DNA of 63,896 nt, filler included, from 11 parts of 11 records of this genome joined end to end with filler, not necessarily neighbours in it, one strand, 5' to 3'. Positions 11,034 through 33,149 are shown, counted from the first letter of the whole stretch. The notes: a model not told the origin generated them from the letters alone. A program made the numbers and translations.

Positions 11034-11456
11034 GTGCGCATTTCGTGGCGGCCTGGGCTGCTGCGTGGCGCCGGAGACAAGCTGAATCGGTCAGGTGTGC
11101 CGCCGATCGCAGCGCAGGCCCGGGCCGCGCGGAGCAGCCAGCCGCCCAAGCTGGGATCCACAGCGCTGCCGGCAGTGGGCGGGCGGAAGCAAGGCGGTGG
11201 CTGCTTCCTGACCGGTGTGGATCTGGCCGATCCAAGCCCCAACCCGCGGCGGAAGCGGCAGCCTCGGCGGAAGCCGGAGGCGGAGGAGACAAGCTGGCTG
11301 GACGAGCTGCAGAAGATGCATGCGTCCGTTAGCGAGATCACCCTGGGGGAGGACCGAGCCGAGCAGGATAAGGAGTTCTTCGTAGCCGCCCGAAAGTGGC
11401 AGAGCGAAGTCTCAAAGGTGGCCGACGAGAATGCGCAGGCGGGCGAGGGCGAGTAA
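11034..11456 (+). CDS. Hypothetical protein (start uncertain)
   Basis: The C-terminal half looks protein-like (charged helical WLDELQKMH...ARKWQSEV); no recognisable domain. Confidence 0.3.
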   Translation: MRISWRPGLLRGAGDKLNRSGVPPIAAQARAARSSQPPKLGSTALPAVGGRKQGGGCFLTGVDLADPSPNPRRKRQPRRKPEAEETSWLDELQKMHASVSEITLGEDRAEQDKEFFVAARKWQSEVSKVADENAQAGEGE

Positions 11457-11500
11457 CGGCAAAAGCATGCAAACTCTAGTACTAAAACTTCATCGTTGAT

Positions 11501-12612
11501 TTATTCGTGGAGGTACAGCACCTTTGTGAGTACCACAAGGTTGGCTCCAGGCAGATTGGCCATCGCATGAAACATGTGCCCGTCCGCACAGAACGTCCCG
11601 CACTCAAAATTCTTGTCTGTTTGCTCCGGCGCCGATAGAAACCGAAGATCCGGATTCGCACGCAGCGTCGCTGCTCGCATCACTACCGCCCCCAAGTCCA
11701 CCCCTAATCCCCATTGGCCGGGGCCCCAGCCTCTGGCGGCCCCGCCGTATTCCAAACCGCCGTGGTGTTGCACAAACCAAGTGCCTATCATATCGCGCTG
11801 CTTTGCCATCTCCGGCTCAAGGTACATCATGATATGTCGCGAGTACAGATTATCTGCCTGCCCGCGCCGTCAGCCCGGCCAATAGCGGGGACCACGCACT
11901 TGGGTGACCATCAGGTAGCTGCAGAGCGCCGACCCGTCGCTGCCAGTCTCTGCCAGAAGCTCATCCACCACCAGATCCGTCACGCCATAGCCAACGTCGT
12001 CGTGGCACTCACGGTCCATCGCCGCCCAGCCGCGCCCGCGGCACTCCGGATCGTCACGGCAACACGGCCGGTCCGCGTACCCCTTGCGCTCGAAACTGGA
12101 TCGCCGGTGGGCCGAGGTCTGGCGGTCATCAAACCGCCGTTGGGATACACTGACCCGCGGCCGGGCGAGGTCGAGGCCGCTGTACAGCGCAGAGACGTTC
12201 TGGATGGCCCCGAGCACCATGCGCGCGCCCTGCTGCTGCTCGTCCGGGCTGACGTCTGTGATGGCCATCCTGCGCCCCGGTGAGCTCGTGAAGCAGCAGC
12301 CCGACCGCACCTGATTTCGATGTGCCGGCCCTCCGCTTCGCGAGCTATGGCGTGCCAGTTGGTCAGGAAGGAGACGAACGGGATCAGTTGGCTCCGGTCT
12401 GCGCGCACCACGACGCACATGGCGTCGCGCTCTCTGGACGGACGGCAGCGTTGATCGTACCCGTCGGGCGGGCAGTCCAGCCGTTCATCGCACGCGGTGC
12501 ACGAGCCCGTGTCGGCACCGCCCAGGCGCGTGGCGAGGATGGCCAGGCCGCACAGCCATAGGGCTGGGGCGACGCTCCGGGCAGGTCGCAGATCTCGGCG
12601 CACAGCTCGCAT
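11501..12612 (-). CDS. Secreted/type II GT-A-fold glycosyltransferase-like protein (2 introns)
   Basis: Spliced from pieces of ORFs 11980-13110, 11870-12418 and 11501-11830. N-terminal hydrophobic segment, GYGVTD, YLMVTQADNLYS, VDLGAVV, ADG and a terminal LYLHE. Confidence 0.5.
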
Positions 12613-14209
12613 GTCACCCGCGACTATGTATAATAAATAACGGATTTTGCCATCGCAGCACTTGGGTGGGGCAGCCCAGTGCAGCGCGATGGGCGAGCCA
12701 CGCAGCAAGGCGCAGCGCAAGGTCCAGCCTATGGTGGCAGCACCGCGATCGCTGGCAGGTGGACAAGGAGATGGCCAAATACAGAGAGGCCATGAAGCAG
12801 AAGACAGCCCCCACCCCGGCGAGCCCAGCTCCGGCCGAGAGCAAGCGGCAACGAAAGCAGCAGCACGCACTGCAGTCCGATGCCAACAGTCTGGAGCAGT
12901 CGCTGAAAGACGCGTGGTGCCGCACCACAGTGGGCTCGCATGATCATGTGAGTGCAGGTCGGCTATCCCCTCGATCTGGGCCGAGCCCAAAGGGAAACGG
13001 AAAGGCGGGCGCAGCAGCAGCAGGGGCGCAGTGCCCAGGTTGGTGTGGATCGGCGCGGTAGTGCTTGTCCTTTGGCTACTAGTGGCGAGCATGCTGCCTA
13101 CAGCCAGCAACTCGCCTGCCAGCTCTCGGCGGAGCCGGTGGTCGTCGCTGGAGGCAAAGCCTCACATCTTGGCAAAGCTGCAGGGCAAGACGCTCCAGTG
13201 GACCGCGCACGGCCTGTGCCGAAAGGAGTGCCGCAAAATAAGTGAGGCTGAGGTGCCCGTGCAGTCGAGGCCTTGGGTAAAACCGGTCTGCTGCAGGTGA
13301 AAACTTTGCTGAGTTCAGGGCTGATCAACAACCGGAAATCGGACCCCGTTGCACTGCCGTGCCCGGTTTATGCGCTAGAAACCGCACCTGATGCAAGTCG
13401 CCGGATCCGAGCAGTCGTGTCAAGTTGCTCTTACTCATTCAGTGTTGAGGTAATCACTGTGATCGATTTGATGAAGGATCACAAGTGTTACTGTCCTTGA
13501 CACCCGACTAAGCGACATAAGTCATTCTACGTCAGTGCAATCACTGCAATGTCACGCTGTGGTTATCTATAGATTTAAGATTAAATTCAAATCGGTCGTT
13601 CTGAATTAGGGATTTTCGAGTACGAGATGCATTCATTCATTTCTAGATTTGGTGAGCAAATGACATGCTGCTGGTGGAGTCACTATACTCTAGCTCTCGA
13701 GGAGTGAACAGCTCTAGCACAGTGTCCGTGTCCTGGTCATCGGACACGGGCGCCGTATCATGATTCCACATCGAGTCGGGCATCAGTTGTGCTGACATGA
13801 GCAGCTCATCCGGATGCAAGTTGCTAGGCGCCGGCTGCAGTTGGGCTGCTGTGCTAACCCGTCGAATTCCGCGTATCGATGAGCTGAACTTCTTTGCCGC
13901 AGCGACAATTTCTTCAGAGTCCAGCTGGCTGAGTAAAAACTGAGCCTTTGCCTTGCTAGATCCGTTATTCACAAGCTGTCTCAGCCAGAGCTCCCATTCC
14001 CANNNNNNNNNNNNNNNNNNNNNNNNNNNNNNNNNNNNNNNNNNNNTTAATTAATTAANNNNNNNNNNNNNNNNNNNNNNNNNNNNNNNNNNNNNNNNNN
14101 NNCCCCCCCATTGATTTACAAATAACGGAAGCTGATGAGGTGTGAATTTGAGACGCCATCGCCGGTGTGCGCGCTGGCTGAGGGCCGGCTGAGCGGTGAG
14201 GCAGGGGAG

Positions 14210-14667
14210 ATGCTGCTCTCGGAGGGCGCGACGTAAGCGCGCCTGAACTTGACCTTAGCTGCTGCCCCCCCCCCCCCCGGCGGGACAGCCAGCATGACGC
14301 GGGGGCCCAGGGCGGCGATCGCGTTCGCCTACCCTGCTATGCAGACGATCAAAGTAGTCAAAGAACGGCCGGCCGACGCGGACGAGTCGATCCAGTGGGT
14401 GATGTATTGGCTGATGCTGACGGCGGTCTACGTGGTCGAGTGCGTTTTCTCGGTGATTGGAATCTACGAGTACCTACTGCTATGGAATGAGGTGTGCCGC
14501 AACCGCCATCGCTGGGCGCATCTCGGGGTCAGCTCAAAGTGGTTGCGCTGCTGTGGCTGATGCTTCCCTCGTTCCAGGTCGGGCCCCACTGGCCCAGCGA
14601 CTGATCTTTGTGACAGGGGGCGTTGTGGACTTATCTGAAATTCGTAAAGCAAATGATCTCCAAGTGA
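14210..14667 (+). CDS. TB2/DP1/HVA22 (REEP) family ER membrane protein
   Basis: Spliced product: AAIAFAYPAMQTIKVV...IQWVMYWLMLTAVYVVE...LKVVALLWLMLPSFQGALWTYLKFVK; 3 short introns. Confidence 0.85.
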
Positions 14668-15214
14668 GAGGGCAATCACAGACACAATAGCCGCCCTCCG
14701 AGATGTGCTGTCGCCACACCGAGGGCCTTGGCCGAGTAGGGCTCAAAATACTAGACTTCAAGCGGATTTCCGGTCATGTCAAATCCAATGGGACGAATCT
14801 TAATCATTCGTGCCTCATATTAGAGTACGAGCTCGGGTACTTGTAACGACTTGTACAAAGCTATAAACTCATTGACTATGGCCTTCTCGGCATCGTCAAC
14901 GAATATACAGAGCGTTACAATGTGTTATGAATTTTATAAATTATAAATAAAAGATAATAATCGAGACGATTCGCTCCGATGCAAATACGAGTACATAGTC
15001 GAGCTTGTACAAATTTCGAGATCTCAGACTTAATTTATGCCTACTTATCACTACTTAGTGCTAAGATACGCTAGCTATGCTTTCTTCTCTGGAGAAGATC
15101 GCGGCGATTTGATTGTTTGGTTAGCTCAGAAGACGACTGGCTTTCTCATTTGAGGAGCCGCAATCGTCCGCGGTGCGAGCCCATCACTTCTGCGCTGACC
15201 CCAATTTTGCACAG

Positions 15215-15707
15215 ATCCTGCTTGTGGTTCTGTTTGTGTGGCTTGACGTCTTTGGCACCAACGACGCCAACGTACCATGTGCACCGGGAACGCCGGTGGC
15301 GACCCCACAGGCTTCTGGTCAAGCCATGGCTCTGGCCTTTACTGTTGGCTGCAATGGCGGTAGTACCATTTCCAGCTACACGGTGCTGGCTGACTGTCTC
15401 CTGCTGTTGATTTTGGCTGGCAGGCAACGGCGAACCCCACAGCAAGGCGTTCTTCCGTGACGACAACGAGTCAAATATGCACACTGGTAGCTGAAGGAGG
15501 TTCATGTACAATGACAGCAACAGGCCTGACTCCCAGCACCTCATATTCTTTCACAGTGAGACTATTGTGTGCTTTCTAGCTGACCTGCCTGCGCAGCTCA
15601 TTGCAACAAATGGTCAAGGCTCTTCGAGTTCCTCGGCTGCGGTCACGGGTAACGGGCATTCCGATTTCCCGTGCGACACACAAACCGCCTGCTCGAATGG
15701 CTCATAA
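15215..15707 (+). CDS. Small fibronectin type III domain protein (start unresolved)
   Basis: Removing introns 15383-15423 and 15557-15596 gives PCAPGTPVATPQASGQAMALAFTVGCNGGSTISSYTATANP...TGLTPSTSYSFTLIATNGQGSS, an FN3 pattern preceded by a hydrophobic segment. Confidence 0.6.
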
Positions 15708-16458
15708 GAGAGACGGCTCATTGAACCATGCTCGATACTTGGTGTACAAGTGATGTGTGAGTCCTTCCAATTCACGCAATCATGTATTGAGAATACGAAC
15801 CTGAGGGCCGGCTACATGGTAGTCGTGCTTGGACGAGTCCGTGACGTTGTAGGAGTCTGAGCTCGTCGCAGATATTCATCCTTAAATATATTTATCTTTA
15901 ATTAATTAAAAGAATGCTTTCCGTCCCTCAATCCTTAAAATTACCTTAAAATACTCGTACGTAGCTCGTACGAACTACGAAGCATGGTACGATGGTACGA
16001 AGCTATACGTACGACTACTACATGTATCGATACGACTTCAGGCAACGTACTGTACGTCAGGTACGGCTAGGCTATACCGTGACCAGTACGTACGGTATAC
16101 GTACGCTTCAGGTTGATCACTAGCTAAGTCCAGCTTAGCGTTCAGCTCGGCGAGAGCCATCCGCAGGCCTAGGTCCGCCAGAAGTACACAAGACCCGTCC
16201 AGCCAGGCCTCGAATATCTCGCCGATAAGCCTGGCCGCTCAGCTTGAAGCCCAGCCGGCCGCCCCCATTGTCCAGTTGTCCGGTAATTGTCTGGCCTTGC
16301 ATGATCTCGTCAGCGTACTGTACCTTTAGAGTCTACTGACCTACTTGATAATACTGAGCTGTCAGCTGGCTGTAGCCCGATCCGTTTCCCAAGGAAACGG
16401 GGTACGACTGGTGGTACAGCTACAGTCGCCGGGCAGCATTTGTGCGTGCAGGTCGACC

Positions 16459-25931
<9,473 letters not shown>

Positions 25932-27764
25932 GTGCTCAGATCATTCTCGGTCAGACTTGGATTTCTTACATCGTGCTCTCCATTTCTTCCTCCATTTCTT
26001 GCAGATCACTACGAGTACGCACGTTACGTAACTCGTCTTGTATTAAATTCAATGCGTCTTGTGTTGNNNNNNNNNNNNNNNNNNNNNNNNNNNNNNNNNN
26101 NNNNNNNNNNTTAATTAATTAANNNNNNNNNNNNNNNNNNNNNNNNNNNNNNNNNNNNNNNNNNNNGCCCGCCGAAAATACCAATGCCGACCCTGGCTCC
26201 CCGGTCCGCGCACGAGATTGAACCCCGGTCCTTGGCCAAAGATGCAAAAGGCCAAAGAGGTAGGTAAGCTGGTCTACTTGGCTCGGTTACGAGCTATGTG
26301 TGACCCGATTATCGCATTTTTATTTTCTTACCCTATAGCTACCCTGAGCTCTCAAGATTGCTCTCGTCTCAAGGATTGATATGATTACAAATTAATATCA
26401 AGAATTGAATATTTCTGGACTTGAGTTTTGGAAAGGACGTATAATCGAGGGGGTTGGGGTCCTCTTATAGTCCTCTTATTAGAAAGTTCCACTAAATCAC
26501 AACTGACAGTGCTTTAGTACTTGCCACTCGGCAGAGTGATTGCCAAGTTGCCGTTGCACTATTGGGCTGCCTTCTGCTGTAGCACTACTCCACATCACCC
26601 TGTCCATCACAGCAAGCTGCTCGCTGAACCAACAGTCCTCGAACCTGGCAAACGCGAATGGCCGCCCTCCATGATCTGGATCAGCAAGCACTGCAGCTTG
26701 GCTGCATGCATCCGGGCGCAGCGGCCTCAGCCCCGGCACCCTCAGGCTTGTGATCAGACAGCGGGCGATATCCGGCCCGCTGACCGACGCTCGCTATGGG
26801 CTGTCTGTCAACTCGACGCGCTCCCCGGTCCCCGCGTTCGCACAGCCCTGCGCGCCGCTCGGCCCGCCCCCACGGCCGGCACTGTGCACCCCGCTGGCAG
26901 CCGCGTCCTCTTGCTCCTCGATGGCCTTCAGAGCATGCCTTCGCCAGTCCTCCGGCGGCCGGCTGCGGAACGGCTCAGCCCCGTCGGCAGGCGGGCTCTC
27001 ACGTGAACCCGCTGAGGCAATCCTGCTCCTGGTGCGGCCCACCCGCAATCCAGCCCTCCCGCTCGCGCTCCCAGTAATCATCCGCCTCGACGGCGGCCCC
27101 AGCCAACTCCTCGACCCGCCGCAAATCCTCCTCCATCGGCTCGGGAATTGTCGGGTCCTCTTCCACCTTCGAGCTTGCCGCCTTCGGCACTGCTCCGCCC
27201 ATGTTGCCGTTATTCGCGATCTCACTTCAACGGTCCAGACGCTCCTGGCAAGCCAGAGGGCAACCTCAGATGGGCAACTTCCCGGATTGCAACTGCTGCC
27301 CCGAACAGCACTTCGCCCCGGACGACCCGCCGCACCAGTCGGCGCTCTATACCGGCCGCATCGTGGGCCGCACCGCACAGCTGCAGCGGGAGGAGGCCGA
27401 GCGCTCAGCAGGGCTCGGCCCGAGTGGCCCAGGCCCAGCCGGGCGGCCGGGCCCGCCGGGGTTTACAGTGATACGCCAGGAGGTGCGCGCCGGCCAGGCC
27501 GCCCGCGGGGCCTGACCGACTGTGTGGGCAGCCGGCCAGCAGGTTGGGCCAACGGACCCAAAGACGGAGCGTCGGGTTCGCCGGAGAGGAAAGGCACGAG
27601 ATCGACAACCGCCTACCGGCCAACGTGCATTTGTCTGATAGGTATCGTCCGCCTAGTGAGACCAAGCGTTGTTGGGTCTGAAGAGCCAAACGCTTTAAAT
27701 AACCCAATACTTAATAGTAGAATGATTTAGTATACAATATTAGAACATGCCGTAGCACTTTTGC

Positions 27765-29147
27765 TCATATGAGAAGTGGGGCTTTGCCGGCTGCGCCCGG
27801 GATGCGCTCCCCAAACTTGATCATGTGCAACGTGTTGTAAACCCGCACCACGCACTCGCCGCAGCCATCCACATAGCAATTCAGGTTGTCAGCAGCCTCG
27901 CACTCGTAACACCAAAAGGACAAATCAGACAGCCCGCAGACCACAGGGTGCTTGGTCTCGTCGTAATGCATCTTGGCGTGCCGGTGGGCCGCCCGCCCGC
28001 AGTGCAGCGCTCCGCATTGCAAACAGATCATGTTCTGCTCCCGGTGGTTGCACCCAGCGTGCTGGCACTTGCCAAAGAAAACATTATCAAAGTCGAGCGC
28101 CTCCAGCTGCACGCCAGTGGCCAGATGCGCACACCCGGCCTTCACGTCCACCACCACCCCGAACATGCTGTCGTCCGCCGGCTCCGAAATGTTGGACTCC
28201 ACTCTGCACAGCTGTCCTGCGGCCGGCGACTCGACACCGGCCAATATCGGGGCGCCTTCACTCGGCCGGGCCCAGAGCACCGCGCTCACCTGCATGTAGC
28301 CTTTGCCGTGGGTGAGCTCGGGATGTGGTGAGACCAGCACCACTTTGCCCGCGCCAAACATCGACCTTGTGGCGGCCCAAGTGCCCGGCAGCAGCCCCAC
28401 CGGCGGCTTGCTCTCCTCGGGCACTCGGAAGTACTCCGCTCTGTGCGATGCGCTCCGGAACAGCGGCTTGGCGGCACCGCAGGCCACACAGCAGTCGGCG
28501 CTGTCCAGGTTCTGTTGCTCGCAGGAGAGGCAGGCCCAGTGGGCGTTCTGGCTCGAGTATCGCTCCTGGAGCATCTCCACGTCCCTCCGGTAGTCGGCCA
28601 GGATATCGTTAGCAAACAGCGCGAGCGGCTGGACCTCGCCGCAACGGCTGTCAAACGGCTGGTCGAGCGCAGCGGGGCCCATCATCGGCCCGCCCTGCAG
28701 GCTGACGAAGTCGTCATCCGGGCGCCAGTCGCGGCCGTAGTTGAGCGTCTCACTGAAGCCGTCCAGCGGGGTGAGGTAGGCGTCGGCCACGTAGTGGGCC
28801 AGCAGCTTGTTGTCATAATTCGTGCCGGTGACGTGCACCCTAGCAAGACCCATCGCATGCCCAAAGTAGGCGCCGCCGCATATGCCCACGAACCCACCGC
28901 CGCGCTCCACAAAGGTCCGGACCCGCTCGCGCCCCACCGGGCCGAGGTCGTGGTACACGCCCTTGTGGTCGCCGCCCGGGCAGACGAACACATCGTACCC
29001 GTCCAGCGGGGCGCGCTTGACCTCCTCGGGCGTGACGCGGGTGCAGCACACCGCCGGGTCAGCAGCCATGTCCTGGGCAGTCAGCTCGACGCAGATCGAG
29101 GCCACCCCCCGCCCGTCGAACAGGGCCACCCGCACCGGCCCTTCCAT
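27765..29147 (-). CDS. BPL_N/class I GATase-like domain fused to RanBP2-type and ZnF-UBP zinc fingers
   Basis: VFVCPGG, FVERGGGFVGICGGAY and SPHPE; WACLSCEQQNLDSADCCVACGAAKP; CAHL...ICLQCGALHCGRAAHRHAKMHYDETKHPVVCGLSDLSFWCYEC. Intronless. Confidence 0.8.
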   Translation of the reverse strand: MEGPVRVALFDGRGVASICVELTAQDMAADPAVCCTRVTPEEVKRAPLDGYDVFVCPGGDHKGVYHDLGPVGRERVRTFVERGGGFVGICGGAYFGHAMGLARVHVTGTNYDNKLLAHYVADAYLTPLDGFSETLNYGRDWRPDDDFVSLQGGPMMGPAALDQPFDSRCGEVQPLALFANDILADYRRDVEMLQERYSSQNAHWACLSCEQQNLDSADCCVACGAAKPLFRSASHRAEYFRVPEESKPPVGLLPGTWAATRSMFGAGKVVLVSPHPELTHGKGYMQVSAVLWARPSEGAPILAGVESPAAGQLCRVESNISEPADDSMFGVVVDVKAGCAHLATGVQLEALDFDNVFFGKCQHAGCNHREQNMICLQCGALHCGRAAHRHAKMHYDETKHPVVCGLSDLSFWCYECEAADNLNCYVDGCGECVVRVYNTLHMIKFGERIPGAAGKAPLLI

Positions 29148-29213
29148 CCCGAAAGGCCGCCGCACCAACTGAAACGGCCAGCTCAGCACACCCCCGGCAG
29201 TCGGTCACGGGTG

Positions 29214-30389
29214 ATGATGAGAACGGTGCTGCTGCTGCTGGCATGGCTGGGCATGGCGGGCGCCTCGGTCAACTTCAGCACCGGTGCACTCCAGGTGGGC
29301 CTGAACGCCCGCACCCAGACCCTCGCCACGCTCTCCCCGCTCGCTGGCCCGCCCAGCCCAGGCTTCTCGTTCGCCTGCTGCGCTGGCTCGAACCTCAACC
29401 GGACCGGCCCGCCCTTTCACCACCTAGGCGACGTCACCTTCCGGGTCCGCCCCCCTGGCGCCGCCAACGATACCCAATTCTCCACCGCCGGTCCAAATGC
29501 CACCGGGGCTGCCGTGCCGGTGAGCCGGGCCGGGGAGCTGGCGGGGGCGGACCTCACTCAGCTGCTGGCGCCGGGCTCACCACTCAGCCTGTCCCGGCAC
29601 TTTGCGGCCGATCCGTCCAACCAGGACCTGCTGATCAGCTACGAACTCGCCCATCGGGACCCTGCCGGAGAGCCTGTGGAGCTCAGTGCATTCGGGGTGT
29701 CGCTGGTGACCGATCAGCTCTTCTCCGGCCGGAGCCTGGCGGCGGTGGCCGAGGCGTGCTCGTTCAGCGATCCGTACATCGGAGGGGCGGCTGGGTATGT
29801 GCAGGTGGTGAGCACTACGGGGCTCGGCCCGGTGCTGCTGGTGCTGCCTGAGGGCGAGGCCGGGGTGGAGGGCTGGCGGATGATAGAGGAGGACCCCACC
29901 CCGCGGGGGGTCACGTTCGAGGGATTCTACGAGCTGGTAGTCCACTCCAAGAGCTACGTCGAGCACGAGTGGCCGCAGGCCTGGAATCCAGGCAGCTCGC
30001 ACGTCATCAACCCTGGCGAGACCTACACGATCACGCTGCGCCTCTAATCGAGCAGTTCATGTGTGCCGCGCGATACTTTCCACACCAGGGCCTACCTTGC
30101 TCCACTGGGGCTTGATGTGCTCGTAGAAGCGGGCAGCTTCTCGAGTGCTGTCTTAAATCTGGAGGCCAAAGAATTGACAATGCACTTCGATACTGATCCT
30201 ACAGTACAATTCTCCCCGGCCCAGATTCGGGTCCGACTCGATACTCCGGCACTGAAAGCCGGCCACAGAAGTGCCACCGGGTTTGAGGCTCACTCAAGCA
30301 AAGGCCCGCTCAAGATGTCGAGAGGTGCTTTCGAGTTGCCTCTCGATGCTGCGAGCACAAAGATGATTATCACGTGGGCAACAGCCTAA
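29214..30389 (+). pseudogene. DUF5695-like secreted glycoside-hydrolase-like protein, apparently internally deleted
   Basis: Signal peptide and N-terminal motifs (HHLGDVTFRVR, FSDPYIGGAAGYVQV, DPTPRGVTFEGFYE..HSK) end at TAA 30045-30047. A same-frame C-terminal-like fragment (PRDTFHTRAYLAPLGL) follows directly. Confidence 0.55.
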
Positions 30390-30616
30390 TCTAATCATAA
30401 TCTAATCACTTGGCCGTGCTGATGTAGTGCTGATGACTTGTGATAGAACAAACATGGCAGTTAGAATACAGCTAGAAATCATTAGATGACCACTAACTGA
30501 TATTTGATATTTGGTTAATGAGCTCCTGACTTTTAGTTAATTCAGAGTTAATTGTCTTAAATAAAAATTCCATCAAAAATTGAGAGTGGACTTGACATAA
30601 ACATTGTGAGATTGAA

Positions 30617-32292
30617 TTAATCGCGGTGGCCCTCATGATCTTGGGGCAAGAACCGCGCAGAGGGCCCTTCGTCCAGACCCTCTCTTGCTTCTCCTCCCCC
30701 CACCACAAGGTCCTGTGGCTCATCTTTAGGCTCTTGCTGCGCTTGCATGAGCTCAATAGGAATCTTAGTGGGTACTCTGGCCATGAAGCCCATCGCGACT
30801 AGTGTGGACAGCACTCCGAGCACGTATGGCAAGTTGTACACGTACCAAGCGTCCGACAACGAGCTGCACAGTCGAAGCAAGAAGCAGAACACCGGTGGCC
30901 TGGCAGCGCACAAGGCTCAGCATGCTGTGGCGGCCAGCCCGCACCCCGCAATCTCAGTAAGTGAGACCATGCCAGTCATCAACCCCTGAACTTCGCCCTT
31001 CCGGCTCTGGCCCACGAGCGCCGCACTCCGACTGGTGATGGCAGTCAGCGTGATCATCGAGACAGCGCCTATCGCCATCCCCGGGAAAAGCATCCAGCTC
31101 TCCACGCAAAAATAGAAAATAAACATACCAGCCAGCCCGCAGCCCAGCCCGAGCCAGGCGACCACTATCTCGTTGAGTTGTGGCCGCCGCTCTAGCAGCG
31201 CCACCAGCGCAAAGCAGCAGCACTGCGAGATCCCCCAGGTGGTTAACAACCAGCTCGTCCTGTGCGCCGTCCAGCCGAACCGTTGCTCGGCGTATAAAAC
31301 CACGACGGAAAGCACCTGTGGCCGAGGCTCTGGCACGCAAATCAGCACAGTCGCACCGTCATTTTAGCAAAATACAGGAAGAATATCACACCAGCCATCC
31401 AGCTGCACCGCCCAGACGTTTGTTACTGCCACAATAACCAGGGCTACCGTAAGAGGGATGCAGCTGGCTCTCCGGTCCTGAGCAGCCGGAACGATTTAAA
31501 CGGATTGGCCGACACCTCCAGTTTGCAATGGGCCACAGCCCGGCTCTCCGGCAGCAAAACCAGGGCGTACGCCAGGTTGACCAAGCAGACGGCCGCGTTG
31601 ATCCGCCAAGCGACCAGCCGACCCAGCGAGCGGAAGAGCGCACTGACAACCTGCGGCGTTGTCAGCCGGTGTCAGCGGGAGTGCACACCTGGGGCGCTGC
31701 AATGAACGCCGGGCAGAAGCTGCAGGCGAGCAGGAGCGCAGTGAGCCCCTGGAGCTGCTCCCGGCTCTGTGACAAGTCGCATACATACGCGAATGGGATC
31801 GCAAACATGTTGCCGCCCAGTCCAGACAAGACCATCAGCCCCGTGGCCAGGTCAGTGGTCCAGCCGTGGTCGAAGCAGAGCGGCAGCCACTGGAGCCCGT
31901 AGCAAAGCAGCTGGAAAACGTACACTCCACGCCGCCCGCGTTGGTCCGAGATCGCCCCGAGCATGGGCGAGACCAGGAACGAGATCAGCCCGCGGCCTCC
32001 CAGCGCGAAACCCCTGCCCCCCAAGTTCGACCGCGGGCGCCCGGCCCGGCACCAGATCAGGTCAGCGTTGTCGCCGTGCCGCGCCTTGATCTCGTGCTGG
32101 AAGAAGGCCTGCGGTCCGAGCACGGTGTACCAAAAGAGCCTGCGGCCCGGCTGGCGGGCCCCGGCAGCTGAGCCACCATTGGGTGACCATCAGCCATAGG
32201 ACTGCCGGCCGGCGAGGCTCAGGCACGGGGCTGGCGGTGTCCTTGAGCTCCCGCCATCGAGGTGACGAGATGGGTTGCTCGGTGAAGCTCAT
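30617..32292 (-). CDS. MFS transporter (TetA/MFSD14-like), multi-intron
   Basis: MFS motif A-like LGAISDQRGRRG, FAYVCD, LYAEQRFGW and GEVQGLMTG; multiple hydrophobic helices across ORFs 31662-32123, 30917-31348 and 30617-30913. Confidence 0.8.
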
Positions 32293-33149
32293 GCCCGCAC
32301 GAACCTCACTGTGTGGCTGTGGCGCGAATTGGATGCGGCGCCGAGCTTTGCCGTTACTGTGTTGCCACAGTATTAATTTCAATTTTTTCAAGTACCTCAG
32401 GTAGAGAGAATCGAATAGTGAGACTATGACTNNNNNNNNNNNNNNNNNNNNNNNNNNNNNNNNNNNNNNNNNNNNTTAATTAATTAANNNNNNNNNNNNN
32501 NNNNNNNNNNNNNNNNNNNNNNNNNNNNNNNGGGCCTGGCCGTCATTTCCATCACCCCGTCAATTCGCGCGCAGCCCTGGTTCGCGCGGCAATTCGAGCA
32601 GTTGAACTAGCTCCCGATTTATCGATACCGTACCAGGTACATGTAACCCTCTAAGGTGGCACACCAGCTGGAAGTCCCCTACGCGGACATGGGCCGCTGC
32701 GACACGCACTCGCCAGACGGGCAGGAGCAGACAGTCACGGCGACTTGCCGCTGCTACGCGCTCGACCTCCCGCTGCGCTCGAGACTCAAGTACATAAAGG
32801 CGACAAAGGCGGTCTGGAGCAGCGTGACTTTTGCTGCTCACAAGGGGCTGGAGGAGCGCATCACTGAGCTGCTGGACCGTGAGTGGGCCAAGCAGCTGCA
32901 AGTCAACAGCCCTCCAGCCAGCATTTCGGCGAGCACCCAGAGACCGACCGATCTTCGCTGGAGGCCAGGCACACGGGTGGCTGGCTGGGCGGCTGCTCAC
33001 CCCGTCGCTTCCTCGCTGTCTTGGCCCTTTCTTGCTGCAGCTGCTTCTGGGTGAGCTCCAGCTTCTCCTGCAGCTGCCTCTGCGCGGATTTCTGCTGCTG
33101 CTTTCTTGACTCCTCTTTGGGCCTATCGGTATAGTGATGTGGCTGCAAT

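Noticed and set aside
12647-14002. Short ORFs at the end of contig 3
   Set aside because: Possibly spliced hypothetical genes, but there is no recognisable motif or reliable structure.
26497-27730. Overlapping ORFs on both strands
   Set aside because: A minus-strand hypothetical gene may be present, but I could not build a supported model; long shadow ORFs are expected at this GC content.
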